Shown here piece by piece: positions 9,977 to 20,148 of a stretch of DNA of 64,000 bases. Positions within the stretch are counted from its first letter, which is position 1. The number at the start of each line of letters is the position of its first letter. The position numbers were made by a program, and so were the translations under genes. Source of the stretch: an uncultured Micavibrio sp. (lineage in GTDB: Bacteria > Pseudomonadota > Alphaproteobacteria > Micavibrionales > Micavibrionaceae). The stretch lies in the NCBI GenBank assembly GCA_964353185.1, contig CAYGUV010000001.1, positions 128,620 to 192,619 of the forward strand, given 5' to 3'. The notes beneath the pieces were generated by a model. The model worked only from the letters and a program-made list of their open reading frames with translations, made no database searches and had not been told where the DNA came from.

Positions 9977-10010
9977 CCATGTTATTCCATAGATATCCAT
10001 GAAATTCCAT
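9977..10010 (+). promoter_or_regulatory. four phased CCAT (ATGG on the other strand) direct repeats, candidate MraZ operator
   Basis: CCAT at 9977, 9987, 9997 and 10007, an exact 10-nt period. The last repeat ends 37 nt before the mraZ ATG. Confidence 0.5.
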
Positions 10011-10046
10011 GGAAATATCATTTATATAAAAGGCAGCATCTTTTCT

Positions 10047-10511
10047 ATGGCTTTGTTTTTATCGTCACATGTAAATAAGTTAGACAAAAAAGGCAGAATA
10101 TCTGTGCCTTCGTCTTTTCGTACGGAGTTGGCCCAAGAGCCTTTCCAAGGTGTCGTATTATTTAAATCTAACACGCACCAATGTTTAGAAGGTTTTACGT
10201 GGTCTTACATGAACGAAATTAGCAGTCGTCTAGATGACTTTAATTTATTCTCTTCTGAGCAAGATGACTTGGCGACATCTATTTTTGGAAATGCTGTTCA
10301 ACTTTCTGTTGATGGAGATGGTCGAATTATTTTGCCAGCGGATTTAATTGATTTTGCTGCTTTAAAAGAAATGGCGTCTTTTGTTGGTTTGGGAACAAAA
10401 TTTCAAATATGGTGTCCAGAAAGATTTGAGGCGCGTCAGCAACAGGCGCGTCAAGCCGTCCAAGAAAATTCCCTTACAATTCCAAATACGTCAGGAGGAA
10501 AAAATGAGTGA
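10047..10511 (+). CDS. mraZ: transcriptional regulator MraZ
   Basis: MALFLSSHVNKLDKKGRISVP matches the MraZ N-terminus. There is a second DGDGRIILP SpoVT/AbrB-like repeat. The upstream in-frame start at 9999 is rejected. Confidence 0.9.
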   Translation: MALFLSSHVNKLDKKGRISVPSSFRTELAQEPFQGVVLFKSNTHQCLEGFTWSYMNEISSRLDDFNLFSSEQDDLATSIFGNAVQLSVDGDGRIILPADLIDFAALKEMASFVGLGTKFQIWCPERFEARQQQARQAVQENSLTIPNTSGGKNE

Positions 10512-11457
10512 TCATTATCCTGTGATGTTGAATGAAGTTCTGGAAGCTGTTGACCCTCAAGACGGGGATGTAATTGTTGATGGAACTTTTGGGGCTGGCG
10601 GCTATACGACAGCGTTTTTGGAACGTGCAAATTGTACCGTCATAGCAATAGATCAAGATCCTACGGCTTTAAAGACAGCAGAAGCCCTAAAAAATAAATA
10701 TGGTGAAAGGTTTGTTTTTGCCCGTGGTCGTTTTGGGGACGCTGTTGAATTAGTTAGGCAAAAAGGCTTTAAGGTAATTGATGGTTTTGTTTTAGACGTT
10801 GGTGTGTCTTCAATGCAGATTGATCAGGCAGAGCGTGGATTTTCTTTTCAAAAAAATGGTCCACTTGATATGAGAATGGATACTCAAGATAATCCTGTAA
10901 CAGCGCAAAAGCTAGTAATGGAATTGCCTGAGGAAGAGTTAGCAAATATTATTTATCAGTATGGTGGTGAGCGTAAATCTCGCCACATTGCACATAGAAT
11001 TTGTTTGGTTAGGCAAGAAAAAGAAATTAAAACTACACAAGAGCTTAGTGAAATAGTTAATTCGGTTATTCACAGGGCACCCAAAGATAAGATAAATCCT
11101 GCTACGCGCACTTTTCAAGCATTAAGAATTGCGGTTAACAATGAGTTGGGAGAGTTACGAAAAGGATTGGATAGCGCTGAGCAGCTTCTGGATAATAATG
11201 GGCGTATTGTGGTTGTATCTTTTCACTCTTTAGAAGATAGCATAGTAAAAAATTTCTTTGATGAAAAGTCTGGGCGTCAGGTTAATCAATCAAGACATTT
11301 ACCTTCAGCATCATTATCAAGCCAAGATTTACCAACTTTTAGAGTATTAAAGCGCAAGGCAGTGGAAGCAACGAAGGAGGAAGTTCTGCTTAATCCAAGG
11401 TCACGGTCTGCAAAGATGCGTAAAGCTATCCGCATAAACCAAGTGGAGGCGGCGTAG
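10504..11457 (+). CDS. rsmH: 16S rRNA (cytosine1402-N4)-methyltransferase
   Basis: HYPVMLNEVL, DGTFGAGGY and DVGVSSMQ motifs. 8-nt overlap with mraZ. Confidence 0.95.
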   Translation: MSDHYPVMLNEVLEAVDPQDGDVIVDGTFGAGGYTTAFLERANCTVIAIDQDPTALKTAEALKNKYGERFVFARGRFGDAVELVRQKGFKVIDGFVLDVGVSSMQIDQAERGFSFQKNGPLDMRMDTQDNPVTAQKLVMELPEEELANIIYQYGGERKSRHIAHRICLVRQEKEIKTTQELSEIVNSVIHRAPKDKINPATRTFQALRIAVNNELGELRKGLDSAEQLLDNNGRIVVVSFHSLEDSIVKNFFDEKSGRQVNQSRHLPSASLSSQDLPTFRVLKRKAVEATKEEVLLNPRSRSAKMRKAIRINQVEAA

Positions 11458-11948
11458 TGATTAGAATAGCACATATTATTTTAGGAGTTATGGCGATCTG
11501 GACAGCAGTTTTGTTATTCTGGACGAGCCAATCTGTGCAAAAAGCTGAATATGAATTACAACGTTTAAAGCAAGTTAGCTATAGCGAGCATGAGATGGTT
11601 CGTGTCTTGTCTTCTGAGTGGGATTATTTAAATCGTCCTGAAAGATTAGAGAAGTTAGCGCAAGAGTATTTATCCATTAAACGTATTAAATCTGATGAAG
11701 ATAACTTTATGACGTCTGCTGAGTTAATTAACAATGTAGATAAATTGAATGTAGAAAAAAATATTTTAGCGCCTAAAAAAAATCCTGCCGAACCGACTGC
11801 TAAATTGGTTTCAACAAAAAATAATTCTACTGTTTTAGAGGAAAATAAAGTTTTAGAGAATAATAAAAAAAATAAAGACATCATTAGTAAAGTAGAACAA
11901 GAAAATTTTACAAATATGATCAATGATTTAACGGAAAGTGGCCGTTAA
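11457..11948 (+). CDS. ftsL: cell division protein FtsL-like (single N-terminal TM, coiled coil)
   Basis: Position between rsmH and ftsI. N-terminal TM. GTG start overlaps the rsmH stop. Long Lys/Asn-rich tail. Confidence 0.7.
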   Translation: MIRIAHIILGVMAIWTAVLLFWTSQSVQKAEYELQRLKQVSYSEHEMVRVLSSEWDYLNRPERLEKLAQEYLSIKRIKSDEDNFMTSAELINNVDKLNVEKNILAPKKNPAEPTAKLVSTKNNSTVLEENKVLENNKKNKDIISKVEQENFTNMINDLTESGR

Positions 11949-13660
11949 TGATTTCAAAGAAAATATTCATTAAAAATAAAAAACAACAATCTCTAGATAA
12001 GACAAGAGGGCGTTTGATGTTGTTGAGCGCATGTTTTTTTATACTGTACAGTATTGTTGCTGCGCGCGTTTTTGATTTAACAATTTTACAAGGTAAAGTT
12101 AGTGGTGGTGAAGAAAGTTACTTCGTAGAGGCCAGTAAGGGGTTGCTATCAAAAGTTCGTGCAGATGTAGTAGATAGAAATGGCGTTATCTTAGCAAGAT
12201 CATTAAGTATGCCATCTTTATATGCGGATCCTAAGTTAATCGCAGAGCCAGAGAAGGCGGCTAAGGAAATTGTAGAAATTTTTCCAACGCTTACCTACGG
12301 CTCTATTTTAAAGAAGTTACAAGAAAACAATAGATTTACTTGGATAAAAAGAAATATTGAGCCAGCAGATCAAGCAAAGATTAATAATTTAGGACGCCCC
12401 GGCTTGTCGTTTAAACAAGAGACAAAGCGTATTTATCCTCAAGAAGCTTTAATGTCCCATATTGTGGGCGTATCAGGTGTTGATGGGCAAGGATTATCAG
12501 GCGTGGAGCGTAGCTTCAATCAGTTGTTAACGGATCAAAATAAAAAAGTAGAAATTAGTTTAGATGTTCGTATTCAACATATTTTAAAAAGGGAAATGAG
12601 TAAGACCATAAAGCTTCATGAAGCAAAAGGTGGAGCTGGTGTAGTTATGGATGTTAATACAGGTGAAATTTTAGCAATTACATCTTTGCCAGATTTTAAT
12701 CCTTACCAGTATAATAAAGAAAAAAATGATAACTTGTTTAATAAAGCGACATTAGGCGTTTACGAAATGGGCTCTACATTTAAAATTTTATCTATTGCTG
12801 CAATGATAGAAAAAGATAAAAATAATTTCTTGAAAAAGTATGATGCCACTAAACCTATTAAAATCGGTCGTTTTCAAATCCGTGATTATCATCCAGAAAA
12901 ACGCTCTTTAAGCTTGCCAGAAGTTTTCGTTCATTCTTCGAATATTGGCACTGCTCTTATGGCGCAAGAAATGGGTTCAGACTATCTAAGAAAATTTTAT
13001 GAAAAAATTGGCCTTTTAAATATGCCAAGTTTTGAGATTAGCGAGATTGGTCAACCGATGGTTCCTTCTAGCTGGAGTAATGTTCATAACATGACGGCTT
13101 CTTATGGTCACGGTATCGCAGTATCGCCTCTACAATTAGTTAAGGCATCGGCTTCAATTGTAAATGGTGGGTATGTTGTAGAGCCAACTTTAATAAAAAA
13201 CCATTTAACAGTAGGGCATAAGAATACAGTTGTTTCACCTGAAACATCACACAGAATGCGTCAATTATTAAGGTTGAATGTGTCTCATGGCACAGGATCA
13301 AAGGCTGATGTCAAAGGTTATTTAGTTGGCGGCAAGACAGGGACAGCGGAAAAGCCTGGTAAGTCAGGTGGTTATGATAGAAAGCGTTTAATTTCATCTT
13401 TCCTTGCGTTTTTCCCAATGGACGAGCCGAAATATGCTGTCTTCGTCATGATCGATGAGCCTAAGGGAATTAAACAAACATATGGGTATGCAACAGGTGG
13501 ATGGGTTGGTGCGCCAACCGTATCTCGCGTCATCGCATCTATGACGAGTGTATTGGGTATGAAGCCACGTGAAAATAACCGACAGTTTGGTGATGATTTA
13601 TTAAAATACGTAAAAACAGAAGAACAAATAAAGAAGGAGCGTCAAATTGCAGCTCATTAA
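11948..13660 (+). CDS. ftsI: peptidoglycan D,D-transpeptidase FtsI (PBP3)
   Basis: GSTFK, SSN and KTGT motifs. Position in the dcw cluster. Confidence 0.92.
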   Translation: MISKKIFIKNKKQQSLDKTRGRLMLLSACFFILYSIVAARVFDLTILQGKVSGGEESYFVEASKGLLSKVRADVVDRNGVILARSLSMPSLYADPKLIAEPEKAAKEIVEIFPTLTYGSILKKLQENNRFTWIKRNIEPADQAKINNLGRPGLSFKQETKRIYPQEALMSHIVGVSGVDGQGLSGVERSFNQLLTDQNKKVEISLDVRIQHILKREMSKTIKLHEAKGGAGVVMDVNTGEILAITSLPDFNPYQYNKEKNDNLFNKATLGVYEMGSTFKILSIAAMIEKDKNNFLKKYDATKPIKIGRFQIRDYHPEKRSLSLPEVFVHSSNIGTALMAQEMGSDYLRKFYEKIGLLNMPSFEISEIGQPMVPSSWSNVHNMTASYGHGIAVSPLQLVKASASIVNGGYVVEPTLIKNHLTVGHKNTVVSPETSHRMRQLLRLNVSHGTGSKADVKGYLVGGKTGTAEKPGKSGGYDRKRLISSFLAFFPMDEPKYAVFVMIDEPKGIKQTYGYATGGWVGAPTVSRVIASMTSVLGMKPRENNRQFGDDLLKYVKTEEQIKKERQIAAH

Positions 13661-15083
13661 TTTTTTAAAAATGGAACAGTTACCAATTGATGGTATTACG
13701 TCAGATAGTCGTCAGGCTAGGAAGGGTTATCTTTTTGCTGCGTTACCGGGTAGCAAGTCAAATGGATCTGAGTTTATTGAAGACGCTATCTTACATGGTT
13801 CAAATTATATTTTGGCGGATAAAAGCTATAAATTGCCTGAAGAATATAAGGATCAGGTAATTTTAATTACGTCAAAAAATACAAGACAAGATTTTGCTAA
13901 AATAGCGGCCAAATTTTATGCGCAACAGCCAGATAACATTGTGGCTATTACAGGAACCAGTGGTAAAACATCTACCGCATCTTTTGTTCAGCAGCTATGG
14001 CATCTTTCAGGTATAGAAAATTGTGCTTCACTAGGTACGTTAGGTATTCGAGGCCCTAAAATGCGTATTGCAGGAAAGCTTACTACCCCTGATACGCAAT
14101 CACTTCATGCAGCGTTGGCTGATTTGTCAGCGGTGGGGATAGATTATTTGGCGATGGAAGCGTCCAGCCATGGAATTGATCAATACCGGTTGGATGGTGT
14201 TAAAATACAAGCATCTGCCTTTACTAATTTATCACGAGATCATCTGGATTATCATTCGGATATGGATGAATATTTTCTTGCCAAAGCGCGGCTATTTTCT
14301 GAAGTGATGGAGAAGAATGGACGGGCGGTCTTAAACGTTGATGATGAATATTTTTCCAAGTTAGAAAAGATATGTTTAGACGTTGGGCATAGTGTTTTTT
14401 CATTTGGATATCAAGGAAAAGATTTAAAATTAATTCAACGTGATGCGATGCCTTCAGGTCAGCGTATAGTTTTTGAAGTTAAAAGTAATAAGTATGAAGT
14501 TGTTTTACCTTTAGTTGGTGGCTTTCAGGTTATGAATGCTTTATGTGCTTTTTCACTAGTTATGCCGTTTGTAAAAAATCTAAATAATCTCGTCAATAAT
14601 CTTTCGAAGTTAAGGGGGGTGCCTGGACGTCTACAATTAATAAACGGTCATCCAAAAGGGGCAGTTTATGTTGATTATGCCCATAAGCCTGCGGCGTTGG
14701 AGACGATTTTAGAAACACTGCGCGAACATACAGAAGGAAAATTAATTTGTGTTTTTGGCTGTGGCGGAAATAGAGATAAAGGCAAACGCGCATTAATGGG
14801 TGAGATTGCTGAGCGTTTGGCTGATGAGGTTATTGTAACTGATGATAATCCACGTCATGAAAATCCAGATGACATTCGTAAAGAAATTTTATCTATGGCA
14901 GCGTCAGCTAAGGAAATGCCCGATAGACAAAAGGCAATTGAGCATTCAGTTTTAAATTTACAAAAAGGTGATGTTTTGGTTGTTGCAGGTAAGGGCCATG
15001 AAGAAGGCCAAATCATAGGGGATAAAATATATCCATTTAATGATGCAGAAGTTATTCAAAAATCTATTCAGGGGATGAAATAA
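13647..15083 (+). CDS. murE: UDP-N-acetylmuramoyl-tripeptide synthetase (meso-DAP adding)
   Basis: GTSGKTS P-loop and DNPRHE motif. TTG start with AAGGAG 8 nt upstream. Confidence 0.92.
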   Translation: MQLINFLKMEQLPIDGITSDSRQARKGYLFAALPGSKSNGSEFIEDAILHGSNYILADKSYKLPEEYKDQVILITSKNTRQDFAKIAAKFYAQQPDNIVAITGTSGKTSTASFVQQLWHLSGIENCASLGTLGIRGPKMRIAGKLTTPDTQSLHAALADLSAVGIDYLAMEASSHGIDQYRLDGVKIQASAFTNLSRDHLDYHSDMDEYFLAKARLFSEVMEKNGRAVLNVDDEYFSKLEKICLDVGHSVFSFGYQGKDLKLIQRDAMPSGQRIVFEVKSNKYEVVLPLVGGFQVMNALCAFSLVMPFVKNLNNLVNNLSKLRGVPGRLQLINGHPKGAVYVDYAHKPAALETILETLREHTEGKLICVFGCGGNRDKGKRALMGEIAERLADEVIVTDDNPRHENPDDIRKEILSMAASAKEMPDRQKAIEHSVLNLQKGDVLVVAGKGHEEGQIIGDKIYPFNDAEVIQKSIQGMK

Positions 15084-15085
15084 TC

Positions 15086-16522
15086 GTGGTTAAATCAAAT
15101 ATAATTTGGACAGCAAAAGAAGCCACAAAAGCATTGGGCTTAGAGGTTAAAAATGATTGGAATGCCACAGGTGTTTCTATTGATAGCCGTACTGTTGAAA
15201 AGGGTGATTTGTTTATTGCCTTACTAGGTGATGTTGGTGACGGTCATGACTATGTTGCCCAAGCATTAAAAAAAGGTGCTGTTGCGGCAATTGTTTCACG
15301 TTCTATTGATGAGGTGGAGAGCGATAAGCTGCTAGTTGTTGCTGATACGTTGAAGGCGCTACAGTCATTAGCAAGGGCGGCGCGTGCTAGAACAGGCGCA
15401 AAGATTTTTGCAATTACGGGCAGTGTTGGTAAGACGGGAACAAAAGAATTATTACAGGCCGCGTTATCTGTTTATGGTCAAACTCATGCGAGTGTAAAAA
15501 GTTATAATAATCATTGGGGTGTTCCACTTAGCTTGGCACGAATGCATGCGGGTACAGACTTTGGTGTATTTGAAATAGGGATGAACCACTTAGGTGAGAT
15601 TACTCCTTTGAGCAAAATGGTAAAGCCAGATATTTCGATTGTTACAACGATTGCGTCAGTTCATATTGAAAATTTTGAAAATGGTATTGATGGTGTTGTT
15701 GTAGCAAAATCAGAAATATTTGATGGAATGGAAAGTGGCGCTATTGCGCTTTTAAATAATGATCATGACTATTATGATCAATTAAAGAAAAATGCCAATA
15801 AACGTGGTTTAAAAGTTTTTAGTTTTGGTGATAATAATAATGCTGATACAAAATTAATTAAAATTTTAGAAGCGGCTAATGGATCCCGTGTGGAAGCAGA
15901 TGTGATTGGTAAAAAATATAAATATTCATTACAGATTGCAGGTCGTCATATTGCTGTAAATAGCTTATCAATATTGAGTGTAATAAAAGTTTTAGGACTG
16001 CCTTTAGAAAAAGCTTTAAATGTTTTGAGCCGTCAAGAGCCTGTTGTCGGGAGAGGTAAACGAGAAATTCTAGATATTGGTGTAAAAGATAATCCTATTA
16101 CGTTAATAGATGAAAGTTATAACGCATCACCAACTGCAATGCAGGCAGCTTTTAAAGTTTTAGCATTAATTGACCCTGGGCGAGGAGGCCGCCGTATTGC
16201 TGTTTTGGGTGATATGTTAGAATTAGGCAAAGATAGTGAATCGATGCATGCGGATTTAGCATTACCGTTAAAGGCGGCTAACGTTGATTTAGTATACACT
16301 TGTGGTCAAAAAATGAAAAAATTATATGATAACTTACCTGCTAATCAAAGAGGGGCGCATAAAGACAATAGCCGAGAATTGGCACAAATTGTACCTGATG
16401 TTTTAATGCCAGGCGACGTTGTGATGGTAAAAGGATCTTTAGGGAGTAAAATGAGTCTGGTTGTTGAAGCGCTGCGCGCTTTACCATTAAAGTTTAAAAA
16501 AGCAACAGAAGGACAGATTTAA
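15086..16522 (+). CDS. murF: UDP-MurNAc-tripeptide--D-alanyl-D-alanine ligase
   Basis: GSVGKTGTKE P-loop. Position in the dcw cluster. GTG start. Confidence 0.92.
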   Translation: MVKSNIIWTAKEATKALGLEVKNDWNATGVSIDSRTVEKGDLFIALLGDVGDGHDYVAQALKKGAVAAIVSRSIDEVESDKLLVVADTLKALQSLARAARARTGAKIFAITGSVGKTGTKELLQAALSVYGQTHASVKSYNNHWGVPLSLARMHAGTDFGVFEIGMNHLGEITPLSKMVKPDISIVTTIASVHIENFENGIDGVVVAKSEIFDGMESGAIALLNNDHDYYDQLKKNANKRGLKVFSFGDNNNADTKLIKILEAANGSRVEADVIGKKYKYSLQIAGRHIAVNSLSILSVIKVLGLPLEKALNVLSRQEPVVGRGKREILDIGVKDNPITLIDESYNASPTAMQAAFKVLALIDPGRGGRRIAVLGDMLELGKDSESMHADLALPLKAANVDLVYTCGQKMKKLYDNLPANQRGAHKDNSRELAQIVPDVLMPGDVVMVKGSLGSKMSLVVEALRALPLKFKKATEGQI

Positions 16523-16525
16523 AAT

Positions 16526-17611
16526 ATGTTGTATCATATACTATACCCATTAGCAGATAGCTTTGGAATATTTAATCTATTTCAATATATTACATTTCGC
16601 ACAGGTGCGGCGATTATAACTTCGTTGATTATTAGTTTTTCAATAGGCCCTTCTTTTATTAACTGGCTTAAGAAAAAACAAAAAGAAGGACAACCAATCA
16701 GACAAGACGGCCCTGAAACTCACTTTGCCAAGGCTGGTACGCCCACAATGGGCGGCTTAATGATTTTAATATCTGCGGGTGTTTCAATCATACTTTGGTC
16801 AGATTTGTATAATCCATATGTTTGGATTGTAAGTGGGGTTATATTTTTCTTCGGAGCGATCGGATTGGCAGATGACTATGCAAAGTTAACATCGAGATCT
16901 CATAATGGTATTTCTGGGAAATTAAGGCTCTTATTAGAGTTCTTTGTCGCCTTTGTTGCCGTCGCTGCCTATTTAAACTTTATGGAGATTGAGTCAGCAA
17001 CAGGTTTATATATTCCTTTTTTTAAAGAGTTGATTGTTCCATTAGGAATATTCTTTATTCCCTTTGCAATGTTAGTTATTGTTGGATCATCTAACGCTGT
17101 TAATTTAACTGATGGTTTAGATGGTTTGGCGATTGTGCCAATTATGATTGCGGCGGCATGTTTTGGTTTGATTGCTTATCTTGCTGGTAATGTAATTTTT
17201 TCAGATTATTTAGGTATACAATTTGTTCCTGGTACTGGAGAATTAGCCATACTTTGTGGTGCGCTTATCGGCGCAGGATTAGGGTTTTTATGGTTTAATG
17301 CCCCACCGGCTAAAGTTTTTATGGGGGATACTGGGTCGTTATCGATGGGGGCTGCACTAGGAACAATAGCTGTTATTGTTAAACATGAGTTAGTGTTAGC
17401 CATTATCGGTGGATTATTTGTTTTTGAAACCTTATCAGTCGTTATACAGGTTGCGTCTTTTAAATTAACTGGGAAGCGGGTATTTAGAATGGCACCTATC
17501 CATCACCATTTTGAAAAAAAAGGCTGGTCTGAACCAACAGTTGTTATTAGATTTTGGATTATTGCGTTTGTATTAGCGTTGGTTGGGCTTTCTACTTTGA
17601 AGTTACGATAA
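16526..17611 (+). CDS. mraY: phospho-N-acetylmuramoyl-pentapeptide transferase
   Basis: [18 protein letters not shown] and HHHFE motifs. Polytopic membrane protein. Confidence 0.97.
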   Translation: MLYHILYPLADSFGIFNLFQYITFRTGAAIITSLIISFSIGPSFINWLKKKQKEGQPIRQDGPETHFAKAGTPTMGGLMILISAGVSIILWSDLYNPYVWIVSGVIFFFGAIGLADDYAKLTSRSHNGISGKLRLLLEFFVAFVAVAAYLNFMEIESATGLYIPFFKELIVPLGIFFIPFAMLVIVGSSNAVNLTDGLDGLAIVPIMIAAACFGLIAYLAGNVIFSDYLGIQFVPGTGELAILCGALIGAGLGFLWFNAPPAKVFMGDTGSLSMGAALGTIAVIVKHELVLAIIGGLFVFETLSVVIQVASFKLTGKRVFRMAPIHHHFEKKGWSEPTVVIRFWIIAFVLALVGLSTLKLR

Positions 17612-18988
17612 ATGTTAAATTGGGATAATTTTAAAAAAAATTTACAACATGGCAGTATAGCTGTTTTTGGTTTAGGGAAATCTGGTCTTTCCACAGTTAA
17701 AGCATGCGTTGAAAACGATATTAAAGTTTCTGCTTGGGATGATAATATAGATCAAAGAAAAATAGCTCAAAATTTAGGTGCTCAAGAATTAGATTTGACT
17801 AATGCTGATTTGACTTTATTTGACTATTTAATTCTAGCGCCTGGTATTCATTATACGTTTGAACCACACCCAGTTGTTATACAGGCGCAAAAGAATAATT
17901 TAAAAATTATTGGTGATGTTGAGTTATTACATACGATTGGAATCCCTTGCAAAACAATAGGTATTACAGGAACTAATGGTAAGTCCACAACAACAGCTTT
18001 GATAACCCATATTTTAAATCAAAATAATAAAAAGGCCAAAATGGCTGGAAACATAGGAATACCCGTTTTTGATATAGATTTTGAACGTGATATTGATTTT
18101 TTAATTTTAGAATTATCTTCTTATCAATTAGACCTATGCCCAACTTTTACTCCTAATTATTCCATGCTTTTAAATATTACATCTGATCATTTAGACCGTC
18201 ATGGAAGCATGGAAGCTTACGTGCAGAGCAAAGCTAAAATTCTAGATGGAGAAGGATTTTCTGTTGTAGATATTGATGATGATTTCACACAAGTTTTATT
18301 TGATAAAAACTTTCTGAACGGGAAAAGAAGATGTGTTCCTGTTTCGGTCAGGCAAGAAATTCCGGAAGGATATTTTGTTAGAAGATCAACCTTGTTTCAT
18401 AATACCTGTGGGGAGAGTAAGGAAATAGGATCTTTAAAAGAATTAAATACTTTGAAGGGCATACACAACCATCAAAATATTTTATGTTCTTACGTTGTTG
18501 CCATTGAGATTGGCTTAAACAGTGATGCAATTTTAAGCTCGCTCACTAGTTTTTCAGGCTTGCCGCATCGCCAATATTTGGTAAAGAAGGAAGATAACAT
18601 TGTTTTTATTAATGATAGCAAGGCAACAAATGCAGAAGCAACGGCAAAAGCGTTATCATCATATAAAGATATTTTCTGGATTGTTGGCGGTAAACCTAAA
18701 AAAAATGGTTTGCAAGGTTTGGAGATATTTAAAGACAACGTTATAAAAACATATCTAATAGGTGAAGCTACAGAAGAATTTTCAGTATGGTTAGAAACGC
18801 ATGGTTACCTCTATGAAAAATGTAATGATTTAAAAACTGCAACACTAAAATCTTATCATGAGGCACGTCATTTTGACGCAGATGCTGTTATCTTGTTATC
18901 GCCTGCGTGCGCGTCTTGGGACCAGTTTTCTTCCTTTGAAGAACGCGGAGATCACTTTACAAAAATTATTCAGGATATAACAAATTAG
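17612..18988 (+). CDS. murD: UDP-N-acetylmuramoylalanine--D-glutamate ligase
   Basis: GLGKSG N-terminus and GTNGKSTT P-loop. Position in the dcw cluster. Confidence 0.92.
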   Translation: MLNWDNFKKNLQHGSIAVFGLGKSGLSTVKACVENDIKVSAWDDNIDQRKIAQNLGAQELDLTNADLTLFDYLILAPGIHYTFEPHPVVIQAQKNNLKIIGDVELLHTIGIPCKTIGITGTNGKSTTTALITHILNQNNKKAKMAGNIGIPVFDIDFERDIDFLILELSSYQLDLCPTFTPNYSMLLNITSDHLDRHGSMEAYVQSKAKILDGEGFSVVDIDDDFTQVLFDKNFLNGKRRCVPVSVRQEIPEGYFVRRSTLFHNTCGESKEIGSLKELNTLKGIHNHQNILCSYVVAIEIGLNSDAILSSLTSFSGLPHRQYLVKKEDNIVFINDSKATNAEATAKALSSYKDIFWIVGGKPKKNGLQGLEIFKDNVIKTYLIGEATEEFSVWLETHGYLYEKCNDLKTATLKSYHEARHFDADAVILLSPACASWDQFSSFEERGDHFTKIIQDITN

Positions 18989-18989
18989 T

Positions 18990-20117
18990 ATGAGTTTCTT
19001 ATCGCGAGCAGATACGTCTATTTTAGCACAATGGTGGTGGACGATTGATCGTAAGTTATTACTGTTAATTCTAATCACAATGGTATTTGGCATTGTTTTA
19101 GTGACGACGGCTAGCCCGCCTGTCGCAACAAGGATTGGCTTGAATGAATTTCACTTTGTAATACGGCACGTTATTCTTTTGGTTCCGTCATTATTTATTT
19201 TTTTGGGAGTTTCATTTTTAAATGGACGACAAATTTGGCGGTTATCAAGTATTGTCCTAACGTTTAGTTTTGGACTAATGATTTATGTTATTTTATTCGG
19301 TATGGAAATTAAAGGGGCGCAAAGATGGGTCCATTTGCCGGGATTCTCATTGCAGCCAAGTGAGTTTGCAAAGCCCTCCATTATTGTTGTTACGGCATGG
19401 TTTGCACATTTGAAAATGGAAAAAGAAAATTTTCCAGGTGTCAAAATTGTTTTGGGCCTTTATGCTTTTTTAGCTGTGTTACTTTTATCTCAACCTGATC
19501 TAGGAATGACGGTTGTTATTACAGTTTGTCTATTAAGTATTTTATTTATTGCTGGTTTCCCTTTGCGTTATATAGCCATTATTATTGCTATTGGGGTAGG
19601 GGCCATGATTGTTGCTTATTTAAGTTTTTCACATGTTCAAAGCCGTGTTGATCGTTTTCTAAATCCTGAGGCAGGGGATACGTATCAAATGGATCAATCT
19701 TTAAATGCGTTTCGTGAAGGCGGCGTAATGGGCGTTGGGCCAGGGCAGGGGACTGTCAAGTTGGCATTGCCTGATGCACATGCCGATTTTGTTTTTTCCG
19801 TAGCAGGAGAGGAGTTGGGGCTAATCCTTACACTTGTAATAGTTTTGCTTTATGTTTTGATCTTATATCGTGGATTTAACAAACTTTATGAGAATAAAAA
19901 CCTATTTGTTGTGCTGGCTACAGGGGGCCTGCTAACCATGTTTGGTCTGCAAGCGTTCGTGCATATGGGCTCTGCCTTACAACTTATACCAGCAAAGGGG
20001 ATGACATTACCTTTTTTAAGCTATGGGGGGTCTTCTTTGTTGTCGATTAGCTATGCAATGGGTATGGTATTAGGATTAACTCGAAGACAAACGCGTACAG
20101 GCGTGTTAAGACGATAA
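18990..20117 (+). CDS. ftsW: SEDS peptidoglycan glycosyltransferase FtsW
   Basis: FtsW/RodA/SpoVE family (PDAHADFVF, LPFLSYGGSS). Position in the dcw cluster. Confidence 0.92.
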   Translation: MSFLSRADTSILAQWWWTIDRKLLLLILITMVFGIVLVTTASPPVATRIGLNEFHFVIRHVILLVPSLFIFLGVSFLNGRQIWRLSSIVLTFSFGLMIYVILFGMEIKGAQRWVHLPGFSLQPSEFAKPSIIVVTAWFAHLKMEKENFPGVKIVLGLYAFLAVLLLSQPDLGMTVVITVCLLSILFIAGFPLRYIAIIIAIGVGAMIVAYLSFSHVQSRVDRFLNPEAGDTYQMDQSLNAFREGGVMGVGPGQGTVKLALPDAHADFVFSVAGEELGLILTLVIVLLYVLILYRGFNKLYENKNLFVVLATGGLLTMFGLQAFVHMGSALQLIPAKGMTLPFLSYGGSSLLSISYAMGMVLGLTRRQTRTGVLRR

Positions 20118-20148
20118 CATACAACTATTTGATAAGAGTGTAATTGAA

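Noticed and set aside
9977-10010. Phased repeats as a CRISPR or minisatellite
   Set aside because: Only a 4-nt core is conserved, across four units with a 10-nt period. There are no spacers or cas genes. A regulatory operator is the better explanation.
9999-10046. Upstream in-frame start extending MraZ by 16 aa
   Set aside because: The MraZ family N-terminus aligns with MALFLSS.....DKKGR. The extension would be translated from the phased CCAT repeat region, which looks regulatory.
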